From an uncultured Spirochaetota bacterium (GTDB taxonomy: Bacteria > Spirochaetota > Spirochaetia > SZUA-6 > Fen-1364): a DNA stretch of 64,000 nucleotides. Below the pieces are notes generated by a model that did not search any database, had not been told where the DNA came from, and saw only the letters and a list, made by a program, of their open reading frames with translations. Below are positions 19,131-30,195 of this stretch, piece by piece (positions within the stretch are counted from its first letter, which is position 1; the number at the start of each line of letters is the position of its first letter). A program made the position numbers and the translations under genes. The DNA lies in NCBI GenBank assembly GCA_963845535.1, contig CAWJSK010000012.1, positions 480,001 to 544,000 on the forward strand. The letters are read 5' to 3'.

Positions 19131-19934
19131 ATGAACACCGGCAAACTCGTTCGGCTCAACAGGCTCTTCTCCCACTCCTCGGGGCGGCTGTGCTCCGTGG
19201 CAATCGACCATTTCATCACCTACCAGGACGGGCTTCCGGAAGGGCTGCGTGATGTGCCCGCCACCCTGAAGGCCGTCGCGAAAGGCCGGCCGGACGCCGT
19301 GACCATGCACATCGGCTGGGCCCGCTCGGTGTGGCAGGACTATGCGGGGTCCATCCCCCTCATCCTGCAGAGCTCCCTCCTGCGCGTGGATGACGCCGAC
19401 ATGGCGCAGTCAGTGACGCCGGAAGATGCCGTCATCATGGGGGCGGATGCGTTCGCCGTCGTCTGCTTCGTCCGGGGGGCAACCGAGTTTCGCCACCTGC
19501 AGAAAGTGGCGGACTGCGTGCGCATGGCCGCGCGCTTCGAGATGCCGGTTGTCTGTCACGTGTACCCGCGCGTCGTCTCGGAAGGAAAGCAGCGCATATC
19601 GTTTGCCCCGGAGGACGTTGCGTGGGCCGTGCGCTGCGCCGCTGAGCTGGGCGTCGACGTGATCAAGGTGCCGTACTGCGGCGAGGTTGCCGCGTATCGA
19701 CAGATCGTCTCGGAGAGTCCCGTCCGCGTCGTTGCCGCCGGAGGTCCCAAGGCGGAAGACCTGCGCGCCGCGCTGTGCATGGCTTCCGACGTTGTAAAAA
19801 GCGGGGCCCGTGGCGCCGTGATCGGCCGCAACGTCTGGGGATTCGAGAATATCACCGCCTCCATCAAGGCTTTCAAAGCCGTGATCCATGACGGCGCAAA
19901 TCCCGATGACGCCCTCAGGAAAGCCGGATTATAG
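19131..19934 (+). CDS. Class I aldolase, DhnA/LsrF family
   Basis: VAIDH, HVYPR, AELGVDVIKVPY (Schiff-base Lys), AGGPK, GAVIGRNVW. Confidence 0.88.
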   Translation: MNTGKLVRLNRLFSHSSGRLCSVAIDHFITYQDGLPEGLRDVPATLKAVAKGRPDAVTMHIGWARSVWQDYAGSIPLILQSSLLRVDDADMAQSVTPEDAVIMGADAFAVVCFVRGATEFRHLQKVADCVRMAARFEMPVVCHVYPRVVSEGKQRISFAPEDVAWAVRCAAELGVDVIKVPYCGEVAAYRQIVSESPVRVVAAGGPKAEDLRAALCMASDVVKSGARGAVIGRNVWGFENITASIKAFKAVIHDGANPDDALRKAGL

Positions 19935-19950
19935 CCAGGGAAGCCGCGAG

Positions 19951-20613
19951 CTGACCTCCCGGTTCCGCTTCCCCCACGCCAGCAAGGCCGATGAAGACGG
20001 CTTCCTGGCCGTCGGCGGAGACCTCTCTCCCGGCACGCTTCTGCTCGCCTACCGCAATGGCATTTTCCCCTGGACAACCCATCCCATCACGTGGTGGTCT
20101 CCGGATCCCCGCGCCATCATCCCGCTGGATGGAGTGCACGTGTCCCGCAGCCTTCGCAAGCTCATCCGTGGGGGCTACTTCAGGATGACGTTCGATCACG
20201 AGTTTCGCAAAGTCATGGAGGGTTGCGCCGAGCCGCGTCCGGGACGGGAAGAAACATGGATCAGCCCGCAGTTCATTTCGGCATACACCCGGCTTCATGA
20301 GCTGGGCCACGCTCACTCGGTCGAAGTCTGGCGGGGCGGCAAGCTGGCGGGAGGCCTCTACGGGGTCTCCATTGGCGGCTTCTTTGCGGGGGAATCCATG
20401 TTTTCCGCTCTCCCTGATGCCTCGAAAGTGGCTCTTGTGGCGATGGCGGAACGACTTGCCGCTTCAGGGTTCACGCTTTTCGATGTGCAGCTCATGACAC
20501 GGCACCTCGCATCCATGGGCGCGGTGGAGATACCGCGGGTGGAATACCTGCGCCGCCTGGCCGCGGCACGGGAGCTTGCCGCTGACTTCCGCGCGGAAGA
20601 TGCCCAAGCCTAG
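19951..20613 (+). CDS. aat: Leucyl/phenylalanyl-tRNA-protein transferase (start uncertain: CTG 19951 or ATG 19888)
   Basis: LAVGGDLS, AYRNGIFPW, WWSPDPRA, TWI, AHSVEVW, GGLYGV, FAGESMFS, DASKVAL. Confidence 0.92.
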   Translation: MTSRFRFPHASKADEDGFLAVGGDLSPGTLLLAYRNGIFPWTTHPITWWSPDPRAIIPLDGVHVSRSLRKLIRGGYFRMTFDHEFRKVMEGCAEPRPGREETWISPQFISAYTRLHELGHAHSVEVWRGGKLAGGLYGVSIGGFFAGESMFSALPDASKVALVAMAERLAASGFTLFDVQLMTRHLASMGAVEIPRVEYLRRLAAARELAADFRAEDAQA

Positions 20614-22877
20614 TCCAACACCTCGATTGCTATGTCGTCCCCACGTGCGTCCGCGCGGGCTTTCCCGCCCGCGGCCAGGCGCCCGAAGAGGACCTCGTCC
20701 ACGAAGAAGTCCTTGATCTTGGATGACACCAGACGGGCAATTTCCCGCGCGCCGAACTCCTCCGAGTATCCCGCGCGGGCCAGCCAGTCCCGGCAGGCCG
20801 GCGTCACCTCGAGGGTCACGTTCTTCACCACAAGCTCGGCCTGGAACTGGCTGATGGCCTTGTCCACGATCTGCAGCACGACGGCGTGCTCCAGGTTGTT
20901 GAACTTCACGACGGCATCCAGGCGGTTTCTGAACTCAGGGGCAAACGTGCGCTCCACGGCGTCGAACAGCGCGTCCTCACGGACCAGCCGCTCCCCGAAG
21001 CCGACCAGAGGCTTGCCGATCTCCCGGGCGCCGGCGTTGGAGGTCATGATGAGCACGACGTTGCGGAAATCCGCCTTCTTGCCATTGTTGTCCGTGAGCG
21101 TGGCATAGTCCATGATCTGCAGGAGCATGTTGTAGATGTCCTGATGCGCCTTCTCGATCTCGTCGAGGAGAAGCACGGCGTGCGGGTTCTTGCGGATGGC
21201 ATCCGTGAGGAGGCCCCCGTCATCGTAGCCCACGTAGCCGGGAGGCGCGCCGATGAGACGGGAGACAGTGTGCTTCTCCTGGTACTCGCTCATGTCGAAC
21301 CTCAGGAGGCTCACTCCGAGGGTCTCGGCAAGCTGACGAGCCAGCTCCGTCTTTCCCACGCCGGTTGGACCTACGAACAGGAGCGAGGCAACGGGTTTGT
21401 CCCGCTCCCCAAAGCCCGCGCGGGACTTGCGGATTGCGCGTACAACGAGGTCAACGGCGTGGTCCTGTCCGAAGATCTGTGTCTTGAGGCGGACGTCGAG
21501 GTCCTTGAGGCGCATCCGCTCGCCGCTTGAGACGCTGGCGGCCGGCACGCGCGCAATGCGCGCAACCACCTGCTCTATCACTTTCGTTTCCACAGGCCGC
21601 GGGTCGGGCGCTCCCTCTTCTCCGTAGATCCGAACCCAGGCCCCCGCCTCATCCAGCACGTCGATAGCTTTGTCAGGGAGGTGGCGGTCATTGATGTACT
21701 TGGCGGAAAGCTCCGCCGCCGCTTTCACCGCTCCTTCTTCGTAGTGAACCCCGTGATAGCTTTCGTACTTGTCCTGCAGGCCGCGCAGGATCAGCTCGGT
21801 CTGTTCCACGGTGGGCTCGGGCACCTCGATCTTCTGGAACCTGCGCGAAAGCGCGCGGTCCTTGTCGAAGAACTTGCGGTAATCCTCGTACGTGGTGGAG
21901 CCAATGCAGCGCAGCTTCCCCGAGGTCAGCACCGGCTTGAGGAGGTTGGAGGCGTCCATGGAGCCGCCGGACACGGAGCCGGCGCCGACCACCGTGTGGA
22001 TCTCATCGATGAACAGTATTGCGTGTTCTTGTTTCTCCAGCTCCTTGATGACCTTCTTCAGCCTCTCCTCGAAATCCCCCCGGAACTTCGTGCCGGCAAG
22101 GAGGGCCCCGAGGTCCAGGGCATAGATGCGGGATTCCCGAAGCGCCCGCGGCACTTTTCCGTCCACGATCATCTGCGCAAGGCCTTCGGTGATGGCCGTC
22201 TTGCCCACGCCGGGTTCCCCGACGTGGATGGGGTTGTTCTTGAGCCTGCGGCTGAGGACCTGGATGGTGCGCTGCAGTATCTCTTCCCTGCCGATCAGCG
22301 GGTCAATCCCTCCCGAGCGCGCCTTTTCCGTGAGGTCAACGGTATACGCGGCAAGGGCCCGGGCCGCCCTCCTCTCCTCCCGCGTCTGCGCCTTCTCCTC
22401 GGGGTTTTCCTCCGCCTCCTCGTCTTCCTCCGCAGCGGTCCCCGCGTCCGGGAAGACAGTCACTCCGTGCGAGATGTAGGTGAGAAGGGCCAGGCGGTCG
22501 ATCCCCTGGTTGGCGAGGAAATGAGCCGCGTAGGACTCTTTCTCCTCCAGCATGGACACGAGGATCTCATCGATCTCCACGGATTCTTTTTCCGCGGAGG
22601 CGCTGTGAAGAATGGCGTTTTCCATGATGGATTGGAAACCCGCGGACTGGATGGGCTTGGAGCTCTCCACCACGGGGACCCGGGTGCGGAAATATTCCTC
22701 GAGGTCCTTTGAAAGGGAATCCACATTCCCCCCGCAGGAAATGATGATCTGGCGCCCCCGGTCGAAGAACAGGGAAGCGTACAGGACGTGCTCAGGGGTC
22801 AGGTACTCATGGTGTCGCGACTCCGCCTCGCGGTACGCGGCAAGAATGACATGGTTCAGCTCCGCGGAAATCTCCAT
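20610..22877 (-). CDS. clpA: ATP-dependent Clp protease ATP-binding subunit ClpA
   Basis: HEYLTPEH N-domain; GEPGVGKT and GPTGVGKT Walker A motifs; no ClpB middle domain; directly downstream of clpS. Confidence 0.95.
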   Translation of the reverse strand: MEISAELNHVILAAYREAESRHHEYLTPEHVLYASLFFDRGRQIIISCGGNVDSLSKDLEEYFRTRVPVVESSKPIQSAGFQSIMENAILHSASAEKESVEIDEILVSMLEEKESYAAHFLANQGIDRLALLTYISHGVTVFPDAGTAAEEDEEAEENPEEKAQTREERRAARALAAYTVDLTEKARSGGIDPLIGREEILQRTIQVLSRRLKNNPIHVGEPGVGKTAITEGLAQMIVDGKVPRALRESRIYALDLGALLAGTKFRGDFEERLKKVIKELEKQEHAILFIDEIHTVVGAGSVSGGSMDASNLLKPVLTSGKLRCIGSTTYEDYRKFFDKDRALSRRFQKIEVPEPTVEQTELILRGLQDKYESYHGVHYEEGAVKAAAELSAKYINDRHLPDKAIDVLDEAGAWVRIYGEEGAPDPRPVETKVIEQVVARIARVPAASVSSGERMRLKDLDVRLKTQIFGQDHAVDLVVRAIRKSRAGFGERDKPVASLLFVGPTGVGKTELARQLAETLGVSLLRFDMSEYQEKHTVSRLIGAPPGYVGYDDGGLLTDAIRKNPHAVLLLDEIEKAHQDIYNMLLQIMDYATLTDNNGKKADFRNVVLIMTSNAGAREIGKPLVGFGERLVREDALFDAVERTFAPEFRNRLDAVVKFNNLEHAVVLQIVDKAISQFQAELVVKNVTLEVTPACRDWLARAGYSEEFGAREIARLVSSKIKDFFVDEVLFGRLAAGGKARADARGDDIAIEVLD

Positions 22878-23201
22878 CTATGCCTCTTCGCAGCTCGCCC
22901 GCAGGGGATACTCGCTCTGACGCGCCATCTCATGCACCTGCGAAACCTTGGTCAGCGCAATATCGTACGTATAGACTCCCACCACTCCGTGCCCCTTCTG
23001 ATGGACATCCAGCATGATTTTCGTTGCCTCCGCCGCCGGTTTGTGGAAAACGGCGACGATGACTTTCACGACGAAGTCCATAGTCGTGTAGTTGTCATTG
23101 TGCAGGAGCACACGGTACAGCTTCGGCTCCTGAAGGCGCGGTTTTTGCTGGACACCGGCATCCTCCTGGAAGACACCGGAGGGGTCTCGAGAGGCGGGCA
23201 T
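22878..23201 (-). CDS. clpS: ClpS adaptor
   Basis: YRVLLHNDNYTTMDFVV, IMLDVHQKG, YPLRAS. Confidence 0.95.
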   Translation of the reverse strand: MPASRDPSGVFQEDAGVQQKPRLQEPKLYRVLLHNDNYTTMDFVVKVIVAVFHKPAAEATKIMLDVHQKGHGVVGVYTYDIALTKVSQVHEMARQSEYPLRASCEEA

Positions 23202-23324
23202 GTATGCTGCTCCTTCCTTATATAATACTGATCCAGGCCTCTTTCTTCAACGCATCGCCGGCCATGCTCACAATCTCAATGGCAAAGCCGGATCGTTCCC
23301 ATTATAATTGGGACGGAAGCTGCC

Positions 23325-24707
23325 ATGCCGCTGCTCTCACGTTACCTTGCCCCCGACCTCATTCGGACCCTGCGCAGTCGGGCAAAAGACGGCGCCATCC
23401 GTGAGCTGTCAGCCGTGCTCGCGGCATCCATCGGGATGGCAAACGTGGACGCGGACACGGTGAACCGCGCGGTGCTGCAGCGGGAAAGAATGGTGAGCTC
23501 GTGGATTGCCCCGGGGATCGCCATCCCGCACGCTCGGCTCCCGGATTGGGACGGGATTGCCCTTGCGGTGGGCAGAAGCCGCAAAGGGGTCGCGTGGGAT
23601 TCGAGCGACGGCAACCCCGTCAACTTGATCTTCGTGATCGTGAGCGGGGAGAAAGACCCCGACCAGCATGTCATGCTCCTGGCCGAAATAGCGCGCACGC
23701 TTCGCGACCGGGCCTTGACCCAGCTCATCCTCACCGCGCGCACGCCCGAAGAAACTTTCCGCCTGCTCATTTCCCACGGGCGCGTCGAGGAGGCCGGCAA
23801 GACCGCGTCAACGCCGAAGCTTCGGCTTTCGCGGCTCCTGTTCGCCCATGCGCTGTCCGTTGCGGAGGAAGTAAAGGCGCGCGCCATCCTTCTCCACGGG
23901 GACGCGGTGGGCAACTTGAAGTTCATCGAGGACATCCCCTCCGCCGTCGAGCTGATCCTCGTAACCTCCACGAAGACCGAGTTCCTGCTGGACGTCGTGA
24001 AAGTCTCCCACGTCCTGCAGGTCCCGTTCCCCACTCTCGACAGGTCCGACCAGGTGGAGCTTGCCCTGTTGTTCGCGGTTTCCCGGGGGCTCCTGGCTCG
24101 CGGGGACTCCGTCATAAGCCTCTCCGGCGTTCCCAACTCAGGAGCCCTCGACACGCTGCTCGTGATCGACCTGGGGAGGGAGTTTCCGACCATGCTGTCC
24201 CGTCCCTCGGACACGCCGCTGGGGGACGTGGAGCCGCAGGTGCTTGAGAAAGTGCTGCAGATCGCCACCGACATCTCCCGCGAAGGCCGAGAAGGCCGAC
24301 CCGTTGGCACCGCGTTCGTGATCGGCGATTATCCGCGGGTCCTCCAGTACTCCCGGCAGATGGTGATCAATCCGTTTCACGGGTATCGCGAAGAGGAAAA
24401 GAACATCCTGGACCCGAGCCTGGAGGAAACGATCAAGGAGTTCTCCACCATTGACGGCGCATTCATCATCCGGGGGGACGGTGTCATCATGTCCGCCGGC
24501 ACGTTCCTTCGTCCTGAGAAAAGCCCGGTGAACCTCCCGTCGGGTCTGGGGGCGCGTCACGCCGCCGCGGCCGCCTTGAGCGCCTTCACGGCAAGCGTTT
24601 CCGTGGTAGTATCCCAGTCCACCGGAAGCGTGACGTTGTTCAAGGGCGGCGGGCTCGTCATGAGCATGGAAAAGCCCGGGCCGCCGGAGGTCCCCAAACA
24701 ATATTGA
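23325..24707 (+). CDS. PTS EIIA domain + DacZ/CdaZ-type diadenylate cyclase fusion
   Basis: RERMVSSWIAPGIAIPHAR (EIIA phospho-His); middle alpha/beta domain; EGREGRPVGT, IDGAFII, GLGARHAAA, VSQSTG DAC motifs. Confidence 0.88.
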   Translation: MPLLSRYLAPDLIRTLRSRAKDGAIRELSAVLAASIGMANVDADTVNRAVLQRERMVSSWIAPGIAIPHARLPDWDGIALAVGRSRKGVAWDSSDGNPVNLIFVIVSGEKDPDQHVMLLAEIARTLRDRALTQLILTARTPEETFRLLISHGRVEEAGKTASTPKLRLSRLLFAHALSVAEEVKARAILLHGDAVGNLKFIEDIPSAVELILVTSTKTEFLLDVVKVSHVLQVPFPTLDRSDQVELALLFAVSRGLLARGDSVISLSGVPNSGALDTLLVIDLGREFPTMLSRPSDTPLGDVEPQVLEKVLQIATDISREGREGRPVGTAFVIGDYPRVLQYSRQMVINPFHGYREEEKNILDPSLEETIKEFSTIDGAFIIRGDGVIMSAGTFLRPEKSPVNLPSGLGARHAAAAALSAFTASVSVVVSQSTGSVTLFKGGGLVMSMEKPGPPEVPKQY

Positions 24708-24753
24708 CAGCTCAACCAGCCTCAGGGAGTACTTCCCCCGAAGAGCCCGCGCA

Positions 24754-25266
24754 ATGCTCGTAATCTTCAGGGGCCTTCCAGGAACCGGGAAAACCCATCT
24801 CGCGCGAAGCCTGCTGGAGCGCCGCCCCGACTTTCTTGTCCTGAGCAGGGATGCGCTTCGGACCGCCATCTTCGCCAATCCGACGTTTGGCGATGACGAG
24901 AAAGCTTTCGTCGACGACCTGATCGTCGCCATGGCCGGCTTCCTCCTTGCCCGCGACAGCTCGGTCCTCATCGACGGCATGGCCCTTTCCTCCGCGCGCC
25001 GCCTGGAAGAGTTCGCGGAGACCGCCGCCGCTCGCGGCAAATCGGCGCGGATCATCGAGTGTGTCTGCTCGGAGAAGACCGCGCTTTCCCGAATTACGGC
25101 GGACCAGGGCGGCCACCCCGCCGGAGACCGCGGCCCGGAGCTCTACCATCGCGTCCGTGAGCGTTACGAACCCACCGAGCTTCCGTTCCTCAGGATCGAC
25201 ACGGACGGGAATCCCCAGGAGAACCTCGACGCGGTCCTGGGCTACATCGAAAACCCGCCCGTCTGA
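24754..25266 (+). CDS. AAA_33-type P-loop kinase
   Basis: MLVIFRGLPGTGKT, SRDALR, VLIDG. Confidence 0.8.
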   Translation: MLVIFRGLPGTGKTHLARSLLERRPDFLVLSRDALRTAIFANPTFGDDEKAFVDDLIVAMAGFLLARDSSVLIDGMALSSARRLEEFAETAAARGKSARIIECVCSEKTALSRITADQGGHPAGDRGPELYHRVRERYEPTELPFLRIDTDGNPQENLDAVLGYIENPPV

Positions 25267-25278
25267 CGGGCGTACCTC

Positions 25279-27725
25279 ATGGCGCGGGTCAAAGGCTACA
25301 TCGTTCATGCAAAGGAGCAGACAAGGTCCGGCCGCACGGAGATACACCTGTTCGGACGCCTCGAGGGCGGAGAGACATTTGCCGTGGTCGAGAGGCGATG
25401 GAAGCCCTTCTTCTTCGTGCGCGCGGAGGACGCGGGACGCGCCGGGGAAGTCTCGAAAACCGAAGGGCCGGGCGCCGAGATCCTGGAAGGCGACCGCCGC
25501 TCAATGGACGGCGCCTCCCTGGCAAGAGTCGAAATGCCCGGCCAGGGCGCTCTCCAGAGACTACGGGACGCCCTCCACCGCGCGGGGATCCGAACCTACG
25601 AAGCGGACGTGAAGCTGTCCACCCAGCTTCTGATGGAGCTGGGGGCTCACGGATCAATCTGCATCGATGCCGCGTGGCGCGAGGGGCGCCGCGTCGCGCG
25701 CATCTACGAGGACCCGACCCTTGCCGCATGCTCGTGGGAGCCTACACTGTCCGTTCTTTCGCTGGACATAGAAACCGACCGTCGCGCCCAGGCCGTTTAC
25801 GCCGTGTCGCTTGCGTTCTGGAACCCCGCCGCCGGAGAGGAAAGCTCGGAAGTGCTTTTCAACGCATCGGGCGGCGGGAAGCCGGATGATCCGTCCGTGC
25901 GGAGCTTCCCCAACGAGGCCGGGATGCTGGCCGGGCTTCGCGAGAGGATCATCGCGATGGACCCCGACGTGATCACCGGCTGGAACGTGGTGGACTTCGA
26001 CCTTCGGGTGCTCACGCGAAGGTTCACCGCGCTGGGCGTCCGCTTCGACATCGGCAGGTCAGATGACCAGGCGTCATTCCTGGACCGCGAAGACGGAGAC
26101 GGGATCATCGCGATGGAAGCGAAGCAAGGCGATAGTGCCCGGACGCCAGGTGCTTGACGCGTTGTGGCTGGTGCGTTTTGCCGGGCATGGGACTGGAGGA
26201 CTACAGGCTCGAGACGGTGGCCCAGAGCGTCCTGGGACGCGGGAAGAGGATCGAGGAAAGACCGGGAGAATCGAAAACCGCGGCGGTGGAGCGGCTTTAT
26301 CGGGAAGAGCCAACGGCCTTGTGCCTGTACTGCAGGGAGGACTCGCGGCTGGTCATCGACATCCTGAGAAAAGAAGGGCTCCTGCAGCTCGCGCTGGAGA
26401 AATCTCTTTTGATCGGGACTTCGCTGGAGCAAACCTCCATGAGCGTGGCGTCCTTCGAGTTCCTCTACATGGAGCATCTCCACAGGAGGGGCATCGTCGC
26501 ACCTACCCTTGGCGTGGATCAAGACACTCTGGATCGCGTTGCCGGCGGGGGGATCATCACTCCGCGCGCCGGGCTTTTCGAGAACGTCCTGGCGTTCGAC
26601 TTCAAGAGCCTCTACCCGTCGATCATCAGGACGTTCAACATCGACCCGCTGTCCCGGGTGACTGGCGCGCACGCCGGATCAGGGCTGATCACCGCTCCCA
26701 ACGGCGCGGCATTCCGCAGGGAACCGGGAATCCTGCCGGGCATCCTGGACAGGTTCTTTGAAAGCAGGGACCAGGCCAAGAGAGCCGGCAACACGAGGGC
26801 GACGTATGCCTATAAGATCGTCATGAACTCATTCTACGGAGTCTTGGGAACGCCGGGCTGCCGGTTTGCCGCCTCGGCTCTGGCGGGCGCAATCACGAGC
26901 CTCGGACAGCACATCCTGTACTGGACACGGGACCTCGTTTCCGCGCGCGGACTGGAAGTCATTTACGGAGACACGGATTCATTGTTCGTGCGGATGAACG
27001 CGCCGGAGCCTGGAGCCGCCCAGCAACTGCCGCAGCTCGGAGCGGAGCTTGCCCGGTTCGTGAATGAAAGCCTTGCGCGTCATGTGCGTGAAGACTACGG
27101 GGTGGAGTCCCGGCTCGAGCTCGAGTTCGAAGCGATCTACCGGAAGTTCTTCCTCCCGCCCATGCGCGGTCCGGCGGCTGGTGACGAGGGTGAAGAGGAA
27201 GGTGAGAGCCGGGGGAGGGCAAAAGGGTATGCGGGACTCCGCGCCCCGGCGGACGGAGCCGGAGAAGACACCCTTGAGATTGTGGGGCTGGAAGCCGTGC
27301 GCCATGACTGGACCCCCCTGGCCCAGGGCTTGCAGCGGGACCTCCTGGCGCTCGTCTTTCATGATGAACCGGTCACAACCGTTGACCAGCTCGTGCGCTC
27401 CGTCATCCGTGAGCTCCGCGCGGGCAGGCTGGACTCCGGGCTGGTGTACCGGAAGTCGCTTCGCAAGCCCGTTGAAGCGTACACGAAGTCGTCACCGCCG
27501 CACGCCCGCGCGGCGGCCCTGCTTCCCCCCGAGGAGCGGTCCGGCCTCATCCGCTACGTAATGACCACCGAGGGCCCGCAGCCCGAGTCGCGGCGCACCG
27601 CGCCGCCTGACTACGAGCACTATGTGCAGAAGCAGATCCGCCCCATCGTGGAATCACTGGCCCCTTTCATCGGACTTGCAACCGACAATCTCTTCGACGC
27701 CGGCGGCCAGTTGGGCTTGTTCTGA
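25279..27725 (+). CDS. polB: DNA polymerase II (family B), with two +1 frameshifts at 26101-26103 and 26183-26185
   Basis: Exonuclease SLDIET, DPDVITGWNVVDFD; restored IVPGRQVLDAL; FDFKSLYPSII, KIVMNSFYG, YGDTDS, KGYAG, YVQKQIRPI; C-terminal clamp motif QLGLF. Confidence 0.92.
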
Positions 27726-27837
27726 GCGGCGCTCGCGCCAAAACTTCCATTCTCTAAGTCATTTTCCAGAAAGCAGATCGAACGCCTGACGGGAGCCTCA
27801 CGCCGCGCCATGGCGTGTGCTATAATCGCCAGACTCT

Positions 27838-28686
27838 TCATGAGCTTTGACCCTCGTTCCACTGCACTTTCATTCGCTTCCCGAGGACCTTGTTCATGAA
27901 GGTCACGGCGGGATGACCGACTCCCATCATCGCGAGTATTTTTTCGTGTTTCCCCAGACGAAGCCGCAGCCTGATGGCCTTGCTCCTGTTGAAGACCATC
28001 TGGTTGCCCACGAGATTCTGGCAGCCCAGACCTTTTACCTGAGCGAACAGCGTCATGTTGTAGAGCGCGTACTGGGCGCTCTCAAGTGAGAGAGGGACTC
28101 TCGCGTCCCCGATCACACAGAGCAAAGCGGCGGGCCTGCTCTTGAACGCCTTGCCCCGCTGCCTCCCTGCCTCGAGCTTCGGCCGCGCCCTGGCAAACTC
28201 CTCACGGTAGAGCTGGGGCGCAAGCGCAACCAGCTTCCGCATCAAAGGCGGCTGGAAGAAGCGCCGGTACACTCTCTGAGAGAACAGGAAAGCTTCCTTG
28301 TCGAACAGCTCGATGATATCAGCCCGGTCCACGACGATGCAGCGCAAATGAAAGTTGTGAGTCGGCGCATCAGCGCCGCAAGAAACGATCTCCTCGAGCG
28401 TGGTCCGATCCACTCCCTCTGGCGTGAAGTCCCTGATCGTGCGCCGTTCTTTCAGCAGCTCGTCCAGCGCGGCGGCCGACGGCAACGCGGCGTGGTCGTA
28501 CTCCTGCGGCTGGACGCCATCCCAGGAAAGCGCCTTGCGCGGACAGACGGCGATGCACTGCGTGCAGGTGCTGCATACGGCGTGGTCCACCGCCACCTTC
28601 CCGTTCATGAGAGACATGCAATGTTCGTGGCAGACATTCACGCACTGGCCGCAGCCGCTGCACGTCGCGTGATCTATGACGATCAT
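27838..28686 (-). CDS. Nitroreductase family protein with N-terminal 2x[4Fe-4S] ferredoxin domain
   Basis: CSGCGQCVNVC, CSTCTQCIAVCP, RRTIRDF, APTHN, AQVKGLG, GVGHP. Confidence 0.88.
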   Translation of the reverse strand: MIVIDHATCSGCGQCVNVCHEHCMSLMNGKVAVDHAVCSTCTQCIAVCPRKALSWDGVQPQEYDHAALPSAAALDELLKERRTIRDFTPEGVDRTTLEEIVSCGADAPTHNFHLRCIVVDRADIIELFDKEAFLFSQRVYRRFFQPPLMRKLVALAPQLYREEFARARPKLEAGRQRGKAFKSRPAALLCVIGDARVPLSLESAQYALYNMTLFAQVKGLGCQNLVGNQMVFNRSKAIRLRLRLGKHEKILAMMGVGHPAVTFMNKVLGKRMKVQWNEGQSS

Positions 28687-28781
28687 CACCTCAAGGGTGG
28701 CACGGCACTTCGCAGGGGTCAACGAGCCTTGCGGTCGGGTTGCTCGATCCTACTGTATTTGCTATAGTACTCAGGAAGTCT

Positions 28782-29532
28782 ATGCTGAATACTGTAGCGA
28801 TCCTTGTCATCTTTGCCGCAACGCCGCTCGTCTTCATCATGCTGTATTTCATCACGGCCCCCTATGGGCGGCATTTCCGTAGTGGATGGGGTCCGTCCAT
28901 AGCTTCCCGGGCAAGCTGGTTTCTCATGGAGCTGCCCGCCATGGTTGTGATAGCAGGAGTCGTGCTTTTCGACGAACGGAGGGCAAGCCCGCTCGCCCTC
29001 GTCCTCCTGGGCTTGTGGGAAATGCACTACATCTATCAGAACCTGCCTCTTCCCCTTGCTCATGAAAGACACGGGAAAGCGCTTCCCGGTCCTCTTGATC
29101 CTTTTTGCAGGGGTGTTCAACTCTCTCAACGGGTATGCCAACGGTCACTTCCTTACAGGGTTCTCACTCCTTCCCAACAGCGGCATCATCCCGGCAGCGC
29201 GCGTGGGGCTGGGAATGGCGCTGTTCGTGGCCGGCTTCGTGACGCATGTGAGAGCGGATGCCGAGCTGCGCGGCTTGCGGGAGAACGGAGACGGCGGCTA
29301 CAAGATCCCCCGAGGGGGTTTGTTCGAATACGTCGCCAGCCCCAATTACTTCGGGGAGATCGTCGAATGGACGGGATGGGCGCTTGCAACGTGGTCCCTG
29401 CCCGGCCTGGCTTTCGCCCTTTTCACCGCGGCAAACCTCGTGCCGAGGGCGCACGCCAACCGTGTCTGGTACATGGACACTTTTCCGGACTATCCCCGCG
29501 AGCGCAAGCGCGTGATACCTTTCGTATACTGA
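28782..29532 (+). CDS. 3-oxo-5-alpha-steroid 4-dehydrogenase (SRD5A) family membrane reductase, +1 frameshift near 29034-29040
   Basis: APYGRH, WFLMELP, HYIY|R, FNSLNG, YKIPRGGLFEYVASPNYFGEIVEW, NLVPRA, YPRERKRVIPF. Confidence 0.88.
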
Positions 29533-29536
29533 AAAC

Positions 29537-30166
29537 ATGAAAGAGATAATGTGCTTCGGGGACTCGAACACCTGGGGATATTCCCCGACAACAGGACAGA
29601 GGTATCCCGCCAACGTCCGTTGGACCGGAGTCCTCCAGGCGGAGCTCGGAAGCGACTATCACGTCATCGAGGAAGGGCTGAACGGGCGTACGACGGTATG
29701 GGAAGATCCGATCGAGGGTGACAAGGTCGGCAAGCGCCACCTCCCCGTCCTGCTCCAATCCCATGCCCCGCTCGACCTCGTTGTCGTGATGCTGGGAACG
29801 AATGACCTGAAGATGCGGTTCTCTGCTCATGCCTCTGACATCGCCGCGGGAGCGGGGTTGCTCGTGGACATCATCATGGCAAGCGGGGCGGGCAAAGACG
29901 GTGCCAGCCCCCTCAGTGCTCCTCATGGCTCCGCCGCCTCTTGCCAGGCTTTCCGCGTATCGAAGGCATGTTCGCCGGAGGCGCTGAAAAATCACTCGAG
30001 ATGGGGAGTGCACTTCCGGGAAGCGGCGCGCCTGCGCGGCTGCCATTTTCTTGACGCCGGGGAGATCATCCGCTCCAGCGACCTTGACGGAATACACCTC
30101 GAGGAAAAAGAGCATCTTGCCCTCGGGCGCGCCGTTGCGCAGGAAGTCAAGAAGATCATTCGCTGA
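29537..30166 (+). CDS. SGNH/GDSL hydrolase with an internal out-of-frame stretch from three compensating +1 insertions
   Basis: FGDSNTWG, EEGLNGRTT, MLGTNDLK, DGIH; alternative frames restore VLLMAPPPL and EGMFAGGAEKS. Confidence 0.88.
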   Translation: MKEIMCFGDSNTWGYSPTTGQRYPANVRWTGVLQAELGSDYHVIEEGLNGRTTVWEDPIEGDKVGKRHLPVLLQSHAPLDLVVVMLGTNDLKMRFSAHASDIAAGAGLLVDIIMASGAGKDGASPLSAPHGSAASCQAFRVSKACSPEALKNHSRWGVHFREAARLRGCHFLDAGEIIRSSDLDGIHLEEKEHLALGRAVAQEVKKIIR

Positions 30167-30195
30167 CGTGCTCCGCGGATTCCCGGCGGGTCAGC

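Noticed and set aside
25279..27725. polB as a phage or casposon-type mobile polymerase
   Set aside because: Cellular Pol II features including the QLGLF clamp motif; no integrase, terminal repeats or phage genes nearby.
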